A stretch of 64,000 nucleotides of DNA, from NCBI RefSeq assembly GCF_009914755.1, contig NC_060935.1; one strand, given 5' to 3'. Of this stretch, positions 27,444 to 42,036 are shown piece after piece. This DNA is from the human T2T-CHM13v2.0 reference genome, Homo sapiens. The notes below the pieces were generated by a model that saw only the letters and a list, made by a program, of their open reading frames with translations, had not been told where the DNA came from and searched no databases. The position numbers were made by a program, and so were the translations under genes. The first letter of the stretch is position 1. Each line of letters begins with the position of its first letter.

Positions 27444-27835
27444 GGTAACTCACATTTATTTAGCTTGATCTTTACACTTTGGATCCAAGAACCGGTGACT
27501 CAGGCACTAAGTGGGAAAGTGGATTATGACACATTGAATGTCTTTCCTCTTTAGGATTATGAGTCTGTGACTGTGAGAATTTGCTGGCTGTGGGTAGGCT
27601 CTTATTAACCCCATCTCTGCAGAGCTGCAGACACAGGGGTACCCCAGATGTCTACATGCAGAATGTGGATGGGGGCAGGCAGAAGGCCAAGGACTCTGGG
27701 AGGATTTATAGGAGAGACAGGAAGAAAAGGAGGAGAGGCCAGAGCGGGAGGAGGCAAGCCAAAGAGATCACAGGTAAAGAAGTTCAAGGAGGAGGGAGAA
27801 GTCAAGGGCTATTTGGATTTGGAGCCACTCTGCGT

Positions 27836-28149
27836 TTATTTTTTATTTTTTAATTTTTTTAGAGACAAGATCTCGCTCTGTAACCCAGGCTGGAGTGCAG
27901 TGATGCAATCATGGCTGACTGCAGCTTCGAACTCCTGAGCTCAAGTAATCCTCCTACCTCAGCCTCGCAAGTAATTAGGACTACAGGTGTGCTCCACCAT
28001 GCCTGGCTATTTTTTTTTTTTTTTTTTTTTTTAGAGATGGGGTCTCGCTATTTTGCCCAGGCTGGTCTCAAACTCCTGGGCTCAAGCAATTCTCCTGCCT
28101 CAGCCTCTGAAAGTTCTGGGATTACAGGTGTGAGCCACCATGACTGGCC
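27836..28149 (-). mobile_element. Full-length AluJ
   Basis: J-type antisense Alu. Degenerate TSD tctgcgttta / tctgcattta. Confidence 0.92.
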
Positions 28150-29879
28150 TAATCTGCATTTAAACCCTCTAATTCTTTGCAATGTTTTGTTTCAATAATT
28201 ATTTTTTGAGCATCTACTATGTACCCAACAGTGTATGGCACACTGAACACTCCTCTAAACCCTGGAAGGTTAATATTAGCATTCTGTTTGAAAAGTGAGG
28301 AAATCAGAGCTTAGAAGTGTAGTCTCTCTAGGCTTTAAGAGAAGACATCAAGATTCTGAATAATTAACAAAACTGGTAAGGGCAGCTTAATAGATGGCAC
28401 ATGTCCTGCACTCCCATGCAAAGGTCCCAGGGAGCTTAGGGGAAAGAGGGCTGGATGGTCTGGACCTTGGATCTGACCACATTTGTCCTCATGGCCAGAT
28501 GGGCCACGTGGTCCAAGTAACAAGGATGTCTATGGGGAGTCCTGCGAGGAACCCAGGCAGCTTCTCCTGCAGACCCAGGACAAGCATGGCCAAGCCATTC
28601 CCCGTGGTCGGCGACAGCTGTTGGAGGAAGGAGGGAGGAAGAAGCGCTCATTCAGATGATGGGTGAGGAGAGAATGCCAGTACTGGCAGAAGGGGAGGGA
28701 AGAATGGAATTCTCAATAGCAGCAGCAATACAGGAAAAAGAATGGTGTCTGGGAAGATAATGACTTAGAAAATTTGGAGCGTAAAACTGCTACAGAGGTG
28801 CCAACCCCGAGGGGCAGAGAAGGCAGGGACAGGGCTGGCTGTGCCCATGAACCATCAAGGGTGGCACCTGGGCAGGCCTGGCAGCTCACCAATGCCCTCC
28901 CATCTCCAAGCAGTGGGGAGAGGGAGGGCTGTGTTCTCGGGGATGGGCCCAGGCCAGGCCTGCTATTTCCTGACAATGGTCTCAGTCCCAGCAGGACAAG
29001 AGTTGGGAAGGATAGGGGAGAGAAGCAGCCTGCTTCTCACCTCCTCAGCCCAACATCATCCAGGCAGGGAGAAGAGCCACCCATTCCCGCCTCCTCCCCA
29101 CACAGACTTGCAGCTCCTATCTTTAAGGGAGGCAGGAAGAACACAGGACCAGGAGGCAGGGAATGGGATTTTGGGCTGGGCTCCACCAAGGACATGCTGT
29201 GTGACCTTGGGCAGGTCCCCCAGCCTCTCTGTGCCTTGTATCTGATGGGAATGATGCATGCCCACCTTACCTGCCTTAAAGGGCCATGAAGAGAGGCTGT
29301 GGGAAGATACTTCGAAGAGGCTGAAGGCCCTAAATGAATGTACAATCTAATCACCAGCATCTTCAAAATGCTTCCACTAAGTGCTAAATGCTATCCCGAG
29401 TTACACAAATAGTCTTCTTTTCCCTTTTTAACCAAGGTCGTCCTAACCAGGGCACGGATTGGCTCTGCCCTGCTGGCAACCTCCATACTCTCCATGGAAA
29501 GTGAGTAACCCTTTCAGCTCTCGCCTACTGGCTATCATTGAGGACACCAGCCCTATGCAAAAGGCAGGTCTCGGAGCAACAGAGACCCCTTCCATGCCTC
29601 ATAGCTCCAGGGAAGCAGCACAACCACCATCCTCCTCCCCTCATCTTCCCAGGGGCTTCTGTTTCCGGCAGGTAACCTCACAACAGCTGCAGGACAGAGG
29701 CATCATCACCCCAGTTTTACTGATGAGGAAACCGAGACTCACAGAGGCTAAGGAATTTGTAGACAGAGACAAAGTGGTTCTAGACAGAAACGTTTAAGGG
29801 ACGCATACAAAGAAGCTGCAATAAGCAGAGCTGTTTGCGTGTTGCTTTTATGTTTGCTTTACCTTCTTTGTGTTTTCTA

Positions 29880-30027
29880 AGCTACTTGAAGTGTGCTGTG
29901 CAGGACAGCATCACCCGAGAGCTGGTCAGGTCAGAAATGCAAAATTTCAGGCCCTGCCCTGAGAAATCAGAGCCTGTCTGATAACACAAACCTTCGGGGA
30001 TTTGTAGGCACGCTGAAATGTGAAAGG
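29880..30027. mobile_element. MER5A-like DNA transposon
   Basis: gctacttgaagtgtg...cagcatcacccgagagct...agaaatgcaaaatttcaggccc. Confidence 0.65.
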
Positions 30028-31969
30028 ATAGTAATACATAGCAAGAAAGACTGGGTTAGCTATAAAGACAAACTTCCTGCCAGCAGGGTATGAAACGTGT
30101 TTCTGGAAACTCCTTCCCTGTGGAAGGCAGGGATGAGGTCAGGGCAGAGATCCTCAGCTTCTGGGGTGCTTAGATGGGACATAGAGTGGGGGTGAAGGAG
30201 ATGATCACTCAAGGCTCCCTCCTGCCCTGGGACCCACATCATGGGCTACTCAGGAGCCTCCCAAGGAGGAACCCAAGGGGGTCCCACACCCTCCTGGAGC
30301 TTCCCTGACTGCTGGAGACCTGGATTCAAATGCAGCTGCCTCTGTCGAGCTGAGACCAGCAGGCTTAATTCACATTCTCCTGGAGGATAGGTATTTGCAT
30401 CAGAAATTACCCTGGAACTTAATTCTGCATAATGTTGCTCAGACAAACGACACCCCTGAAACTCTTTGCCAAGGCCAATAATAACATAACTGCAGAGAGA
30501 AATAATGAATAGGAGCAGGGGGAAAGGGAAAGTCAAGGAGGTGGGGATGGGGGAAGGGAAAAGAGACAGGCTTCTAGCCGGAGGTGTTCTTGTCCTCTCA
30601 TCAAGCCGCCAGCATGCTCCCAGCACCTAGTAGGCACTCCAGAAATAGTTTCCAAAAGCCAGAGACTATACTGAAAAAAACAAAACCAAAGAACACAATG
30701 AAGTAAAGCTGAAGACAGAGCTGCTTCACTTCATTAACTAACAAAACTATAAAGCAATTCATTAATCCAACCATTTATTTGTTCAACAGATTCTACTGAG
30801 TACCTATTAAGAGCTGGGCACTGTGCTGGGGCACTGTGATCCCTGCCCTCATGGCCAGTTCCAGTCCTGGGCTCTGAGCCCAGTATGTCCAATCCCAGCA
30901 TGGGGGAGTCTCACAAAGTTCCTGCCCCAGGAAGCTTAAAGCCCCAAAACAGCACCCAGGCTGGCTTGGTAAGTGACCACAGACCTCCCAAGGGATGGAG
31001 GCACCCACGGGTCTCCAAGCTGCCCTCACGGGCCTTTCAACATCAGTCGCATTGGATACAGCAGTGGCCACTGTGATTTCCTTGAGGCCTGTACGCCTCT
31101 GAGATTTCCGAGCTGGAAGGATTAGGGATCACCAAGCTATCTGCATTTATTTTACAGACAGGACATGAGGTTCAGAGAGGTAGTGAGACATGTCCAAGGC
31201 TACCAGCCAGTTCATGACAGAGCTGGAGGAGGAGCCCAGCCACCTCTGGACCATGCTCACCCCTCCCTGGAAGGCAGGGGACCTGGGATCTTGTGCGTAG
31301 GCCAGGCAGGTCACACTTATTCTTGTTTTATCATCTGGAAACAGAAAAAGGGAACCTTTCAGTAGTTCTCACTCTGTGCTTCATGAAGCTACCACAGGGA
31401 ACCCTGGGAAGAAAGAGGGTGTGGGAGAGTAGAGGGGCTCTGGGCTCACCCTGCTTCCATCAGAGCAGCTGCCTTGTTCACTGGGCTCCCATGAGACTGT
31501 TGGTTTGAAGCAAGGGTTCCACAGCTAAAACCTCAAACCAAAACAACTAGCCAGAAAACCTCCCTAGGGCTCCCGTGACACATGCGTTTGGCCCTTCGAG
31601 ATTACAAAGGACAGGATCTCTGTCCCCCAGATGTGTATACTACATTTTATGAGGGAGGAAACACACACATGTGAATAGACTTGAAAATCCCCAGGAAACA
31701 GCATTTAGGGTGATAATGAGTGGGCTGTCTCAGGAGTAAGTCTAAAGTGACCAGTGCCAAGGATGACGTGTTACGTGAGGAAGCAGGTGGGCAGCTTCTC
31801 TGCACACGGGGATCCTAGGGAGATGGACCTCCCTGAAAACACAAGGGGCAGGGAGGGGTGAGTCTGAGTAACAGGGACCCTGGAGCTTTCCACTTTCTGC
31901 CTTTGGGGACCCGCCCAGTCTGTAAGTGCTACCTAGCCCTCTGCCAACGGCCTCCCCACTCCCACTGAC

Positions 31970-32300
31970 TCAACCCAATTTTGCATGTTTACATTATGGT
32001 TATGTATAATTCTGCCATTTACATTCAGTTGCAGGCTTCTCTGTGTGCTCATAAAATGTTAACATTGGAGGACCGCTTGTTGCAGAAATGTTTATAATTT
32101 CTCTTCCCCATTATGGGCTTATTAATGATAATAATGCCGTTTCCCTGCTTAGGAGCCGGGGCTACCGAAAGGCAATCACTCACCATAGCTGAAATATGAC
32201 AGTGGGAAGTCGGATTCGTTCCCTGCTCGGCGTTTAATCTTAATAACATTTTATCTTGGACGACAAGTGTGTGTAATGTTGTTTAAAAGCCATGACTACA
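31970..32300. promoter_or_regulatory. Candidate conserved non-coding element / developmental enhancer
   Basis: Sharp AT-rich unique island with retained CpGs in GC-rich flanks. Motifs: tgtttac (FOX), ctcataaa (posterior HOX), multiple TAAT. Conservation not tested. Confidence 0.45.
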
Positions 32301-33399
32301 TCGACACTACATGTTCAGAAAAAGGAACAGGGGAGGGGCTGGGAGAGGCTTTTTCTCCTCTCTTCTGCTCTACCTTCTCTCCCCAGGGGGGTTTTGCTCA
32401 CAACTTTCATTTCCACAAGCTCTGGCTTTCAGAGATGGGAGTGGAATCCCACCCGAGGGTGGGTGGGGCTGCAGGGGGCCTTACTGCAGGAGGGCACTGT
32501 CCTCCACCCAGCCCTAGTTCAACATTTCCACTCTGAAATGACTTTTTTTTTAAGCTGTGAGCATGAGAAGTACCTTAGGAGTACATCAGCCTTTGAAAAC
32601 ACAACTACCTGAAATGGGCTCTATTAAAAATAAATATGTCCATTTCACTGGAGAGCTGGGCCTAGCGGGGGTGTGAAGTCTTCACACCTTGGTGCAGAGG
32701 TGATGCAAGGTGTCCTTTTCCTAAGGCAAGGTTCCTAATGATGCAGTCCTTGGGCACAGTACCATTCTCCTCTCCTTGCCTCCCTGCTGCTTGGCCGCCT
32801 CCTCCTCTGCTTTTCCAGGCTTCTTTGCTCTTTGCTAAATCAGCCCCTTTTGTCTCCTTCTTGCTTACTGTGACTGAGAGCAGGGGAGACCCCCACCTTT
32901 TGCCTGTCACTTTCTCCACCCCCACAGTCTCACTCGGAGCCGTTCTGAGTGGGTTTTGTCTGAGATACCAAAAGGTAAAGGCCTTTTCTGTTGTACTTCT
33001 CTCTCTCTCCCATCCCTCCCCCAAACACACTCAGGATAGGGCTCTGTCCATTGTAGGTACTCGATAACTAGATGTTGGTCAGGATTTTAAACTACAACTA
33101 TCACTTAGCTTGAATCATGGGCTGAGAAAGGGGAGGTCTGGTTTTAAAAATGTATGCAGACACGTAGAGTCATAGCCGCTATGGTTCTATAATTAGAGTA
33201 ATATCATAATCATAATAAAAATCAGAAGCTGATCACTAGAAGAGACCTTCAAGAGCACCTCAATCAATCTTTTCCCCTCTGCTTCCCTGACCAAGGGGCA
33301 TCCAGGCCCTGCTCGCACACCTTTAGCGGTAGGAAGCTCATGACCTGCACGGAGGTATTTATTGCTGGATGGGGAGACTCCGTTGAAATGACTCCCCTG

Positions 33400-34560
33400 C
33401 ATGGAATGGAACTGAAACCGGTTGTTCTACAGCTCCCAAGTTCTGCCCTCTGGAGCCCATGAAACTGGTCTACTTCCCCTATGCACAGGAAGACCATCCT
33501 TTCATTTTCCTGTGTTTCTCATTAGACAGCATTTCCAGACCCCTCGCCATCTTGAGTGCCCACTTCCAACATGTTCAGTTTCTCAAAGTCCCTCCAAAAG
33601 TGTGATGCTTAGAACTGGAGCCTGGGCTCTGATGTGGTCTGAACAGCACAGAGTACGGGAAGCATTCCGTCCTCTGCTTTGGAATCTAACTTTAATTCAG
33701 CTCAAGAAAGATCTTCAGCATCTTGCCGTGGCATTTCAGCAGCCAGCCAAGACACCCTAAGATCCTCTTGTTATCAACTCTAACCGTTACTATCTGAACC
33801 TACATCAAGTCAAGTGTTCCCCAGCCTGTACTTACAGAATCGATTTTTTGGAACCTCAGTGCAAGACTTTCCATTTGTTTCTGTTAAGATCCATCTCCTT
33901 ACTTTCATCCCATCATTCCAATCTGAAAGGTGTTTCGGATCTTGATTCTGGAGTCCCACGTATCAGCTCTCCCTTCTGCATTCTGTGTCATTCATCTATT
34001 TGAAAAACATGCCTTCTGGGTTTTACTCCAAAGCTTTATAAATGACTGAATGGGCAGGGTCAAGGATCAAGCCCTGCACCCCCCCATTTGACATCTCCCT
34101 CCAGGTACACATCAGCTTGTTAAACTACATTCTTTGGACATGATTGTTCAGCCATTGACAAACCAAAGGATGCTGGGAAAAGCCTGTGTCAGCATGGGCT
34201 CCAGAGCTGGGAGAAATAAATTCTGGGCCCCGTGATGCTACTAATAAGCTGCATTTTAAAAAAAGAAAAACAGGCTTTTGGGGTCTCAGTTTCTTACCTC
34301 TCCTCTCTGAAGAAACTTAGGGGCTGTCCAATCTAAGCCTCTCATATTACAGGTGAAGAAACTGAGACCCCAAAGTCTTGTTTGACTATTTTCCAAGTAT
34401 ATTTCTCAGCCTAGCCCACAAGGACATAGTCAGAGACTTTGTTAAAAGCGTCATTCAAATCAAGATGTCCTGTGGCCATCATGTTCTCTTCTTGTCCAGT
34501 CTAGTGTCTTTATGCAAACATGAGATGCCATTTTTGAGATGACTTATTTTGAATGTACAA
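33400..34560 (-). mobile_element. CR1/L3 LINE fragments with MIR inserts
   Basis: tgtgatgcttagaactgg...gatgtggtctgaacagcacagagta and cagggtcaaggatcaagccctg resemble antisense CR1 RT region. Confidence 0.7.
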
Positions 34561-34630
34561 GCAGGTTCTTTTCTCAGTGAAGTGTGGCTTTGTGTAGCGG
34601 ATAAGGGTTTCCCTCCCTCTGTCATTTTTA

Positions 34631-35071
<441 letters not shown>

Positions 35072-35155
35072 CTAAGGTTTATAGAGCGCCTACAATGTGC
35101 TATGCCCCCAGACCATCTCCTTTCAAATGAATGCTGGGCTCTGGAGAGCCACAGC

Positions 35156-35235
35156 TGAGAAAAGCTAGGTCTCTGCCCCATCTAGCCAAGGAGGTGAGAA
35201 AAGCTAGGTCTCTGGACCATCTAGCCAAGGAGGTG
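35156..35235. repeat. 39-bp tandem duplication (2 copies)
   Basis: tgagaaaagctaggtctctg(cc/ga)ccatctagccaaggagg repeated with period 39. Confidence 0.95.
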
Positions 35236-35239
35236 TACA

Positions 35240-37050
35240 CTTAAACATTAAGCCATAATATGGTGTGCTAAGTGGCACGTTGGTGGCTTGAACTAACTTA
35301 GATGAGAACCCAGGGGAAGGAGCCATCCTGGTTGGGGGTTAAGGAAAGCATCGTGGAACAGACAGATCTTGAACTGCCTGCTCTTTGGTGCAGATATGAA
35401 TGTATGATTTCCTTCCAGGGACTTGTGAATAGTTAATATGAATAAAGCCCAGGGTGCAGGTGGGTGGCAAGTGAAGTATGTAATCAAAGATGAGGCCGGA
35501 AGTGCACTGGAGCCAGGCTGTGCTGGCTTTGGATGCCTGCTAAGGACTTGACCTTCAGCCTTTAGGTGACTGGAAGACAGGGGATGTACACAGCATGACA
35601 GAAAGGACTTTAGAAAGATGCTTGGCAGCCGTATGGTGGATGGATTAGAGGGAAGACAACAGAAGCAACACAATAAGTGCTCAAGGGAGATATTACAAGG
35701 TCCTAAAGAAAAGCAGTGACAGTAGGAAAAAAGGGAGAGAAAGAGAGTCCACAGCTACTGAGAAGGTAGACTCAAGAGGACTTGGTTATCTATGAGAATT
35801 AGGGATGCGAGAAAGGCAAAGACATCACAGATGATGTTTTCCATGATCTCTGTCCTAAATAACAGGGCAGATCTTTTTTTTCTTTTCTTTCTTTCTTTTT
35901 CTTTTTTTTTTTTTTTTTTTGCTAACCAACCTGCAGAATAGATTTGAAATGAAAAAGGTGGCCATGAGCTCATTTCAAGACATGCTGAGCATGGTAGGAA
36001 CTGCAGATGTGTATGTTGGGTCACCAGTGTTCCGGGGGTGGTTAGAATCAGAGCAGGTAAGCTTGTCCAGAGAGCACACGTAGAACAAGACAAGAGAGCT
36101 CAGGCCAGAGCAAGTGAGAAGCCAACATGCAGCAGGTAGATGCAGGGAAGAGCTCACTAAGACAACCTGAGGAGGGGTTAGAGGAGAGCTGGCGGAGTGG
36201 TATCATGGAACCCCAAAACGTGAATTCCAAATGCTACAGTTTTGAGGGTGTACAGAGAGATCCAAAGGATGAGCACTCCAAGAAGCGGCATTGAGGGAGT
36301 CAGTGGGGGCGATGGAGAGACTTCTTTCCTGGTTGGAAAACCGGGTGCTTGCCATGAGCCTCGATTTAAATCCTGGTGCCAACACTTACAGCCATGTGAT
36401 GCTGGGTGAGTTATTAATTCAAGCAGCCTCAGTTTCTTCAACTATAAAATGGAGATAATAGCAAGGCCTACCTTGTAGGTTGTTGTTAGGATTAAATACG
36501 ACAAGTAAAGCATTTAGAACATGTAATAGCAGCTCAATAAATGTCAGCAAAGACAAATTTGGAGGTTTAGTGAAAAGGGCCATTGGAGAAGTGGAGGGAT
36601 CACTGGAGAAGAGCTTGAAAAACAAGATGTCATAAAAAGAATTATTAGAAGATTTAAACACGGTGAAAGCTGAAGGAAAAGGGGAAGTAGGTGAGGAAGG
36701 AAAGGTTAGCGAGTAATCCCCAACTATGAAGGAAAATCCTGGAAGACATGGGGAGACGGGAGCAAGAAGCTTCGCACGGGGTACAGCTGCCTCGAGTTTT
36801 CAAACAGGAGGCTACTTCGGAGAGACAGAGGGGGAAGTTGAGCTGGTTCCCCCCTGGGGGCTTGATCTCTTCAATGGTGAGGAGGGCATCTCACCCCTGA
36901 GTGGGATGTGAGCTGGTTTGGGGTATCGAGAAAGGAAGAGACTTGGAATGGCTCTTAAGGAAAATGAAGTGGGGATTGAAGAAAAGCATTTGCAAGGAGA
37001 ACTAGGGGTACCTCTCAGGGTAGAAATCATAAATGTATAATGTGCTCTTT
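35240..37050 (-). mobile_element. Long degraded L2 with T-rich tract (35876-35920) and nested MIR (~36350-36545)
   Basis: Purine-rich antisense L2-like segments. MIR core cctcagtttcttcaactataaaatggagataata. Confidence 0.6.
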
Positions 37051-38310
37051 GAAGATTATTTACTAAAGAAAAACAGGAGTTAGTGTTTTCCCTGTTTCAG
37101 TTTGGTCATTGGTTAATGTGAAACCATCTTCCTGGGGAGGCCGCACTTCTCTTCCCTGCAGGCCCCCCAGGGTGGGTGTAGATCCCAGGGACACTCATCT
37201 TGCTGCCTGGCCTGGGAGCAGCAGCTGGTCAGGACCCGTCTCCCCTTGTCTGTGCTTCCCCAGTGCTTAGCAGGGTGCCTGATACAGTGGAGAGTTTCCC
37301 AAGCGTCTATTTAATTGCTCTCCCTTCCATTATCTGGCTTCACATGGGGGCTGGAAATGCTAATCTCCCATAGTTACAACCACGAGCTTAGTGCTCACTA
37401 TTCAGCTCACTTCCAACATGTTCAATCCCTGCCCAACACCTTGGAAAAGGACATCTCCCATGCTCGCCCATTAATAGTACAACCTCCCTTGTCATCTGAG
37501 GCAGCTGCTGGCATTTAAGCAGCCTGAAAACCCCACCTCCTCCACAGACTCTTCAGGGACTAATATGGGAGCTAACATTTAACAAGGACCTTCTATTTGC
37601 TAGGAACTTCCTTTGGCACATCACAGATTGCTTTTAGCTTTGTAACGGCTCTGGTAGTGTTAGTATTGTCATCTCGTTTTATCAATAAGGGAACCATGGC
37701 TCAGAGGGGTTAGATCACCTGTCCAACATCACACAGCATTGAGTCAGCAGCACTAGGATCAAACTTAAATTTGGCTGACTCTTGTGCTCAGACTCCTGCA
37801 CAAGGCCACCTGCCTCACATAGCTCCTTCTTTTGTAAGGGTTCCCTTTGACAGTTTTCTGGTTTCTAACCTCTGTGTTCAGGATATTGGTCCTGCCCTGT
37901 CGCATACACTGATGGGAAGATCCAACATAAAGATTCTCAGGCAAACCTGGAATGGATCTATTTGTCTCTTTCTTCTCTTATGGTAGTCCTTGACTTTTTT
38001 TCCACATTTTTTTTATTATGGCAAAATATGCATAATATAAAATTTACCAACCCGTTTTTAAGTGTACCATTCAGCAGTGTTAAGTACATTTATATTGTTG
38101 TGCAATAACCATCGTTATCCATTTCCAGAACTCTTCATCTTGCAGATGAAACTCTGTACCCATTAAACACTAACCCCCCATTCCTTCCTGCCCCAGCCCT
38201 TGGCAACCACCCTTCTATTTTCTGTCTCTAGGAATTTGAGTACTCTAGGTACCTCGTATAAGTGGAATCATACAGTATTGGTCCTTTTGTGACTGGCTCA
38301 TTTCACTTAG

Positions 38311-38655
<345 letters not shown>

Positions 38656-38885
38656 AGAATTTCCTTCTTTTTAGAGGCTGAATCATATTCCATTGTGTGG
38701 CTGTACCACATTTTGTTTAGCTATTCACACGTCAATGGACCCTTGGGTTGTTTCCACCTTTAACTATTGTGAAGGCTGCTGCTGTGGGCATGGGTGTGGA
38801 AACTGACCCTGTGTTCAATTCTTTTGGGAATCTACCCAGAACTGGAATTGCTGGGTCATATGGGAATTTTATGTTTAATATTTTG

Positions 38886-39050
38886 ATGAGGAATGACAAA
38901 TTACCTAACGGGTAACAATGTCTGAGCCTATGATGTCTGGGCCTTTAGCAGCTCCACTAAAGGCCCAGACTTCACTGCCATGCAACAGATACATGTAAAA
39001 AAGAACTGCACTGCACTTGTACATCCTCAATCTATAAATATTAAACAAAA
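38886..39050 (+). mobile_element. Short L1PB/L1MA-type 3'-end insertion, opposite in orientation to the host L1
   Basis: aaattacctaacgggtaacaatgt...cactaaaggcccagacttcact...actgcacttgtacatcc...tctataaata. Confidence 0.7.
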
Positions 39051-40049
39051 CTTTTTGGGAACTATCATACTGTTTTCCAGAATGGCTACACAATTTTACA
39101 TTCCCATCAATAGTGCACAAGGGTCCCAATTTCTCCACATCCACCTGGGGGTTTGATCTCTTGTTATTATTATTTTTTTTTCTTTAAATAGTAGTCATTT
39201 TAATGGGTGTGAAGTGGCATCTCATCGTGATTTTAATTTGAATGTAATCATCACCTAATGACCGATGCTGAGCATCTTTTCATGTGCTTATCGGCTACAT
39301 GTATATCTTCTTTGGAGAAATGTCTATTCCATCCATTTCGGAATCTGGTTGTTTTAAACCATGATGTTTTTAGAAACCCTGACCCTCTGCCCTGTATACC
39401 ACAGCCCCACACATATTCCCAGGAGAGTTCACTGGCAGCCCAGACAGCGGGATGCTCTGAGGGAGAAGAAGGTATTCCATTGCTCTGCCCCATCCAACTA
39501 GTTTTGCCAACGCACATGACACTTACGCACAACACCGTACTCTAGGGCTACGGCACTGCAAACCTCTGTGAACCTGTAATATTACCCGGAAGAGGTAATT
39601 CATCAAGTCAGTATGACTCACAGAACTTTAGCTTGAATTCCTAAATCTGTGTAGCTGCCTGGGTTACATCCCTCCAGAAAAGAGGCACAGGACAGGCAGG
39701 TCCTGATGAGAGAGAGGCTGGCCCTGGTGACACCCAGCAATGAAGGGAGGAGAAGGGACCAGACAGCAAGCATATGGATTTGGCCAACAGGGTTTGAGCA
39801 GACAAAGGCAGGAGCTACCCAAGGTGGCAGGGAAGCAGAGCCTGTGGTGGGGAGCTCTGGCCTTGGTGGCTGCCCCCGGGAGGAATTATTACACAGGGAC
39901 GGGGCTGTAGCACACGGCTGGGTCTCGAATGTGAAGAGGAGTTAGGTCCAGGCGAGTGGCTCAGAAATGAGAATGTGAATAGGAACTTTGGGCTTAACGA
40001 TGTCACCCCAGAGCAGAGGGGTTGGTGTTGCAAGGAACGGAGAGACGGC

Positions 40050-40412
40050 AAAGTCCGAAGGGAGGTGACGCAGGAAAACAGACGGTGGCAGTCACAGGAG
40101 AGTGCTGCACAGACCTCCCTGCCAGGGAGAAGAGCTGGGAGGAGTTTGGTAGGTGGACCACCTTCCACATCCACATGCACCGCAGTTTCACACCAAGACC
40201 CGGAGCTCTCAGGTTGCTCCCCACTGACTAGTGAGTGCCCAGAGGCACAGAGCCGGGCCATCCCCGCCCAGTACCCACAGTGGCTCTGAAGGCTCCCCCA
40301 ACTACTTCTGCTCCATCCCCACTTTATGTTCCACAGAACTTTCTCCCAGTAAGTCAGCTGCACATTTGATTGCATCAGACATCTGCTTCTTAGAGGACCC
40401 AAACTGACACAG
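40050..40412. mobile_element. ERVL-class LTR fragment (subfamily uncertain)
   Basis: Ends catctgcttcttagaggacccaaactgaca, resembling old ERVL LTR termini. Confidence 0.5.
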
Positions 40413-41559
40413 AAGATATCCAAAGACATGCTGGACATACACATACACTCCACCCAGCCCACTTCCCTCCTGGGCTTGTCCTTACCATCACTCCAGAGGC
40501 TGAATGATCATCAAAACAGGGGCAGCCTAAGCTGACAGAGGGTCGAGAGTTAGTAACAAAAAGCATGGCACAAGGGTGGGCAGTGACCAGTATTCAGTTT
40601 TGGGTGGGCAGGAGGTCACTTAATAAAGAGACCTCGTGCTTGTGTGGCGTCCTTCATCTTTTGGGAGCTCACAAGTTTGGAAGATGGTTCAGAAGCCTGG
40701 CCAGATTCAATTCTGAATTCACGGGGCCTTGGATGGTGCCTGGCGACTGCCCAGTAGATGTTTGAAGAATGAATGAGTTTATTCATCATAACAGTGCTCT
40801 ACAATGTTCCTAAATCTTTTCAAGTCTATCTGCAGCCCCATGAAGTAGGATGGGCAGAGATGGTCTCAAAGATGCTAAACTGAGGTTCAGAGAAGTCTAC
40901 TACGGGAGTCCACTGCAGCCCCGGGTCTCCTTCCAGAGAAGGTCAGACCACACCACATCACATCCTATCCTATCCTCCTTCATGCCAAGAAAGCCCTTTC
41001 ACCCAGAGTCCCTGGGAAACGGCCTTTGCTCCCCAGCACTCTTGTGACCACTAGGGAAGCCCAGCCAGTTCGAACCCACATCCTGAGAAGCAGGAGCTCC
41101 CAGCCAGCCAAAGGCCAGTATTGGGCCAGATGTAGCACACGTGAGGCCAGCTAGCTAGTGACTGACCTGCTTTGCACTATCGATAACTAACACCTTGATC
41201 GTGACAAGCTGGGTTCCTAGGATGGCTCTAAGGAGCACTGATCAATATGGGGAAGCAAGGAGTCAGCTCCCTGGCTGGAGTGGCAACTGTGATAGAAACA
41301 TGTCTGTGCCAGATTCTCGCCCCCACACACTGGACCAGTGCCAGGGGTAGAAGCTGTAATGTGAACTGGGGGCTTCCCCTCCGCCCAGCCAGAAGCAGAG
41401 CAGGACCTTCTATAATATTTTAACAATGCTGCAAGCCACAGGACCACTATCAGAGATGGAGCCAGTCAGGGTTCACCGCCTACCCTTAAACAAAGCATTT
41501 CAGGTCCTTCCTCCTAAGACAGCACAGACTTTGCTTTACTTTCTCTTATTTTTAAATTA

Positions 41560-42036
<477 letters not shown>

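Noticed and set aside
39815-40462. 215-aa ORF, the longest in the window
   Set aside because: Overlaps a probable LTR fragment and resembles no protein family I recognise.
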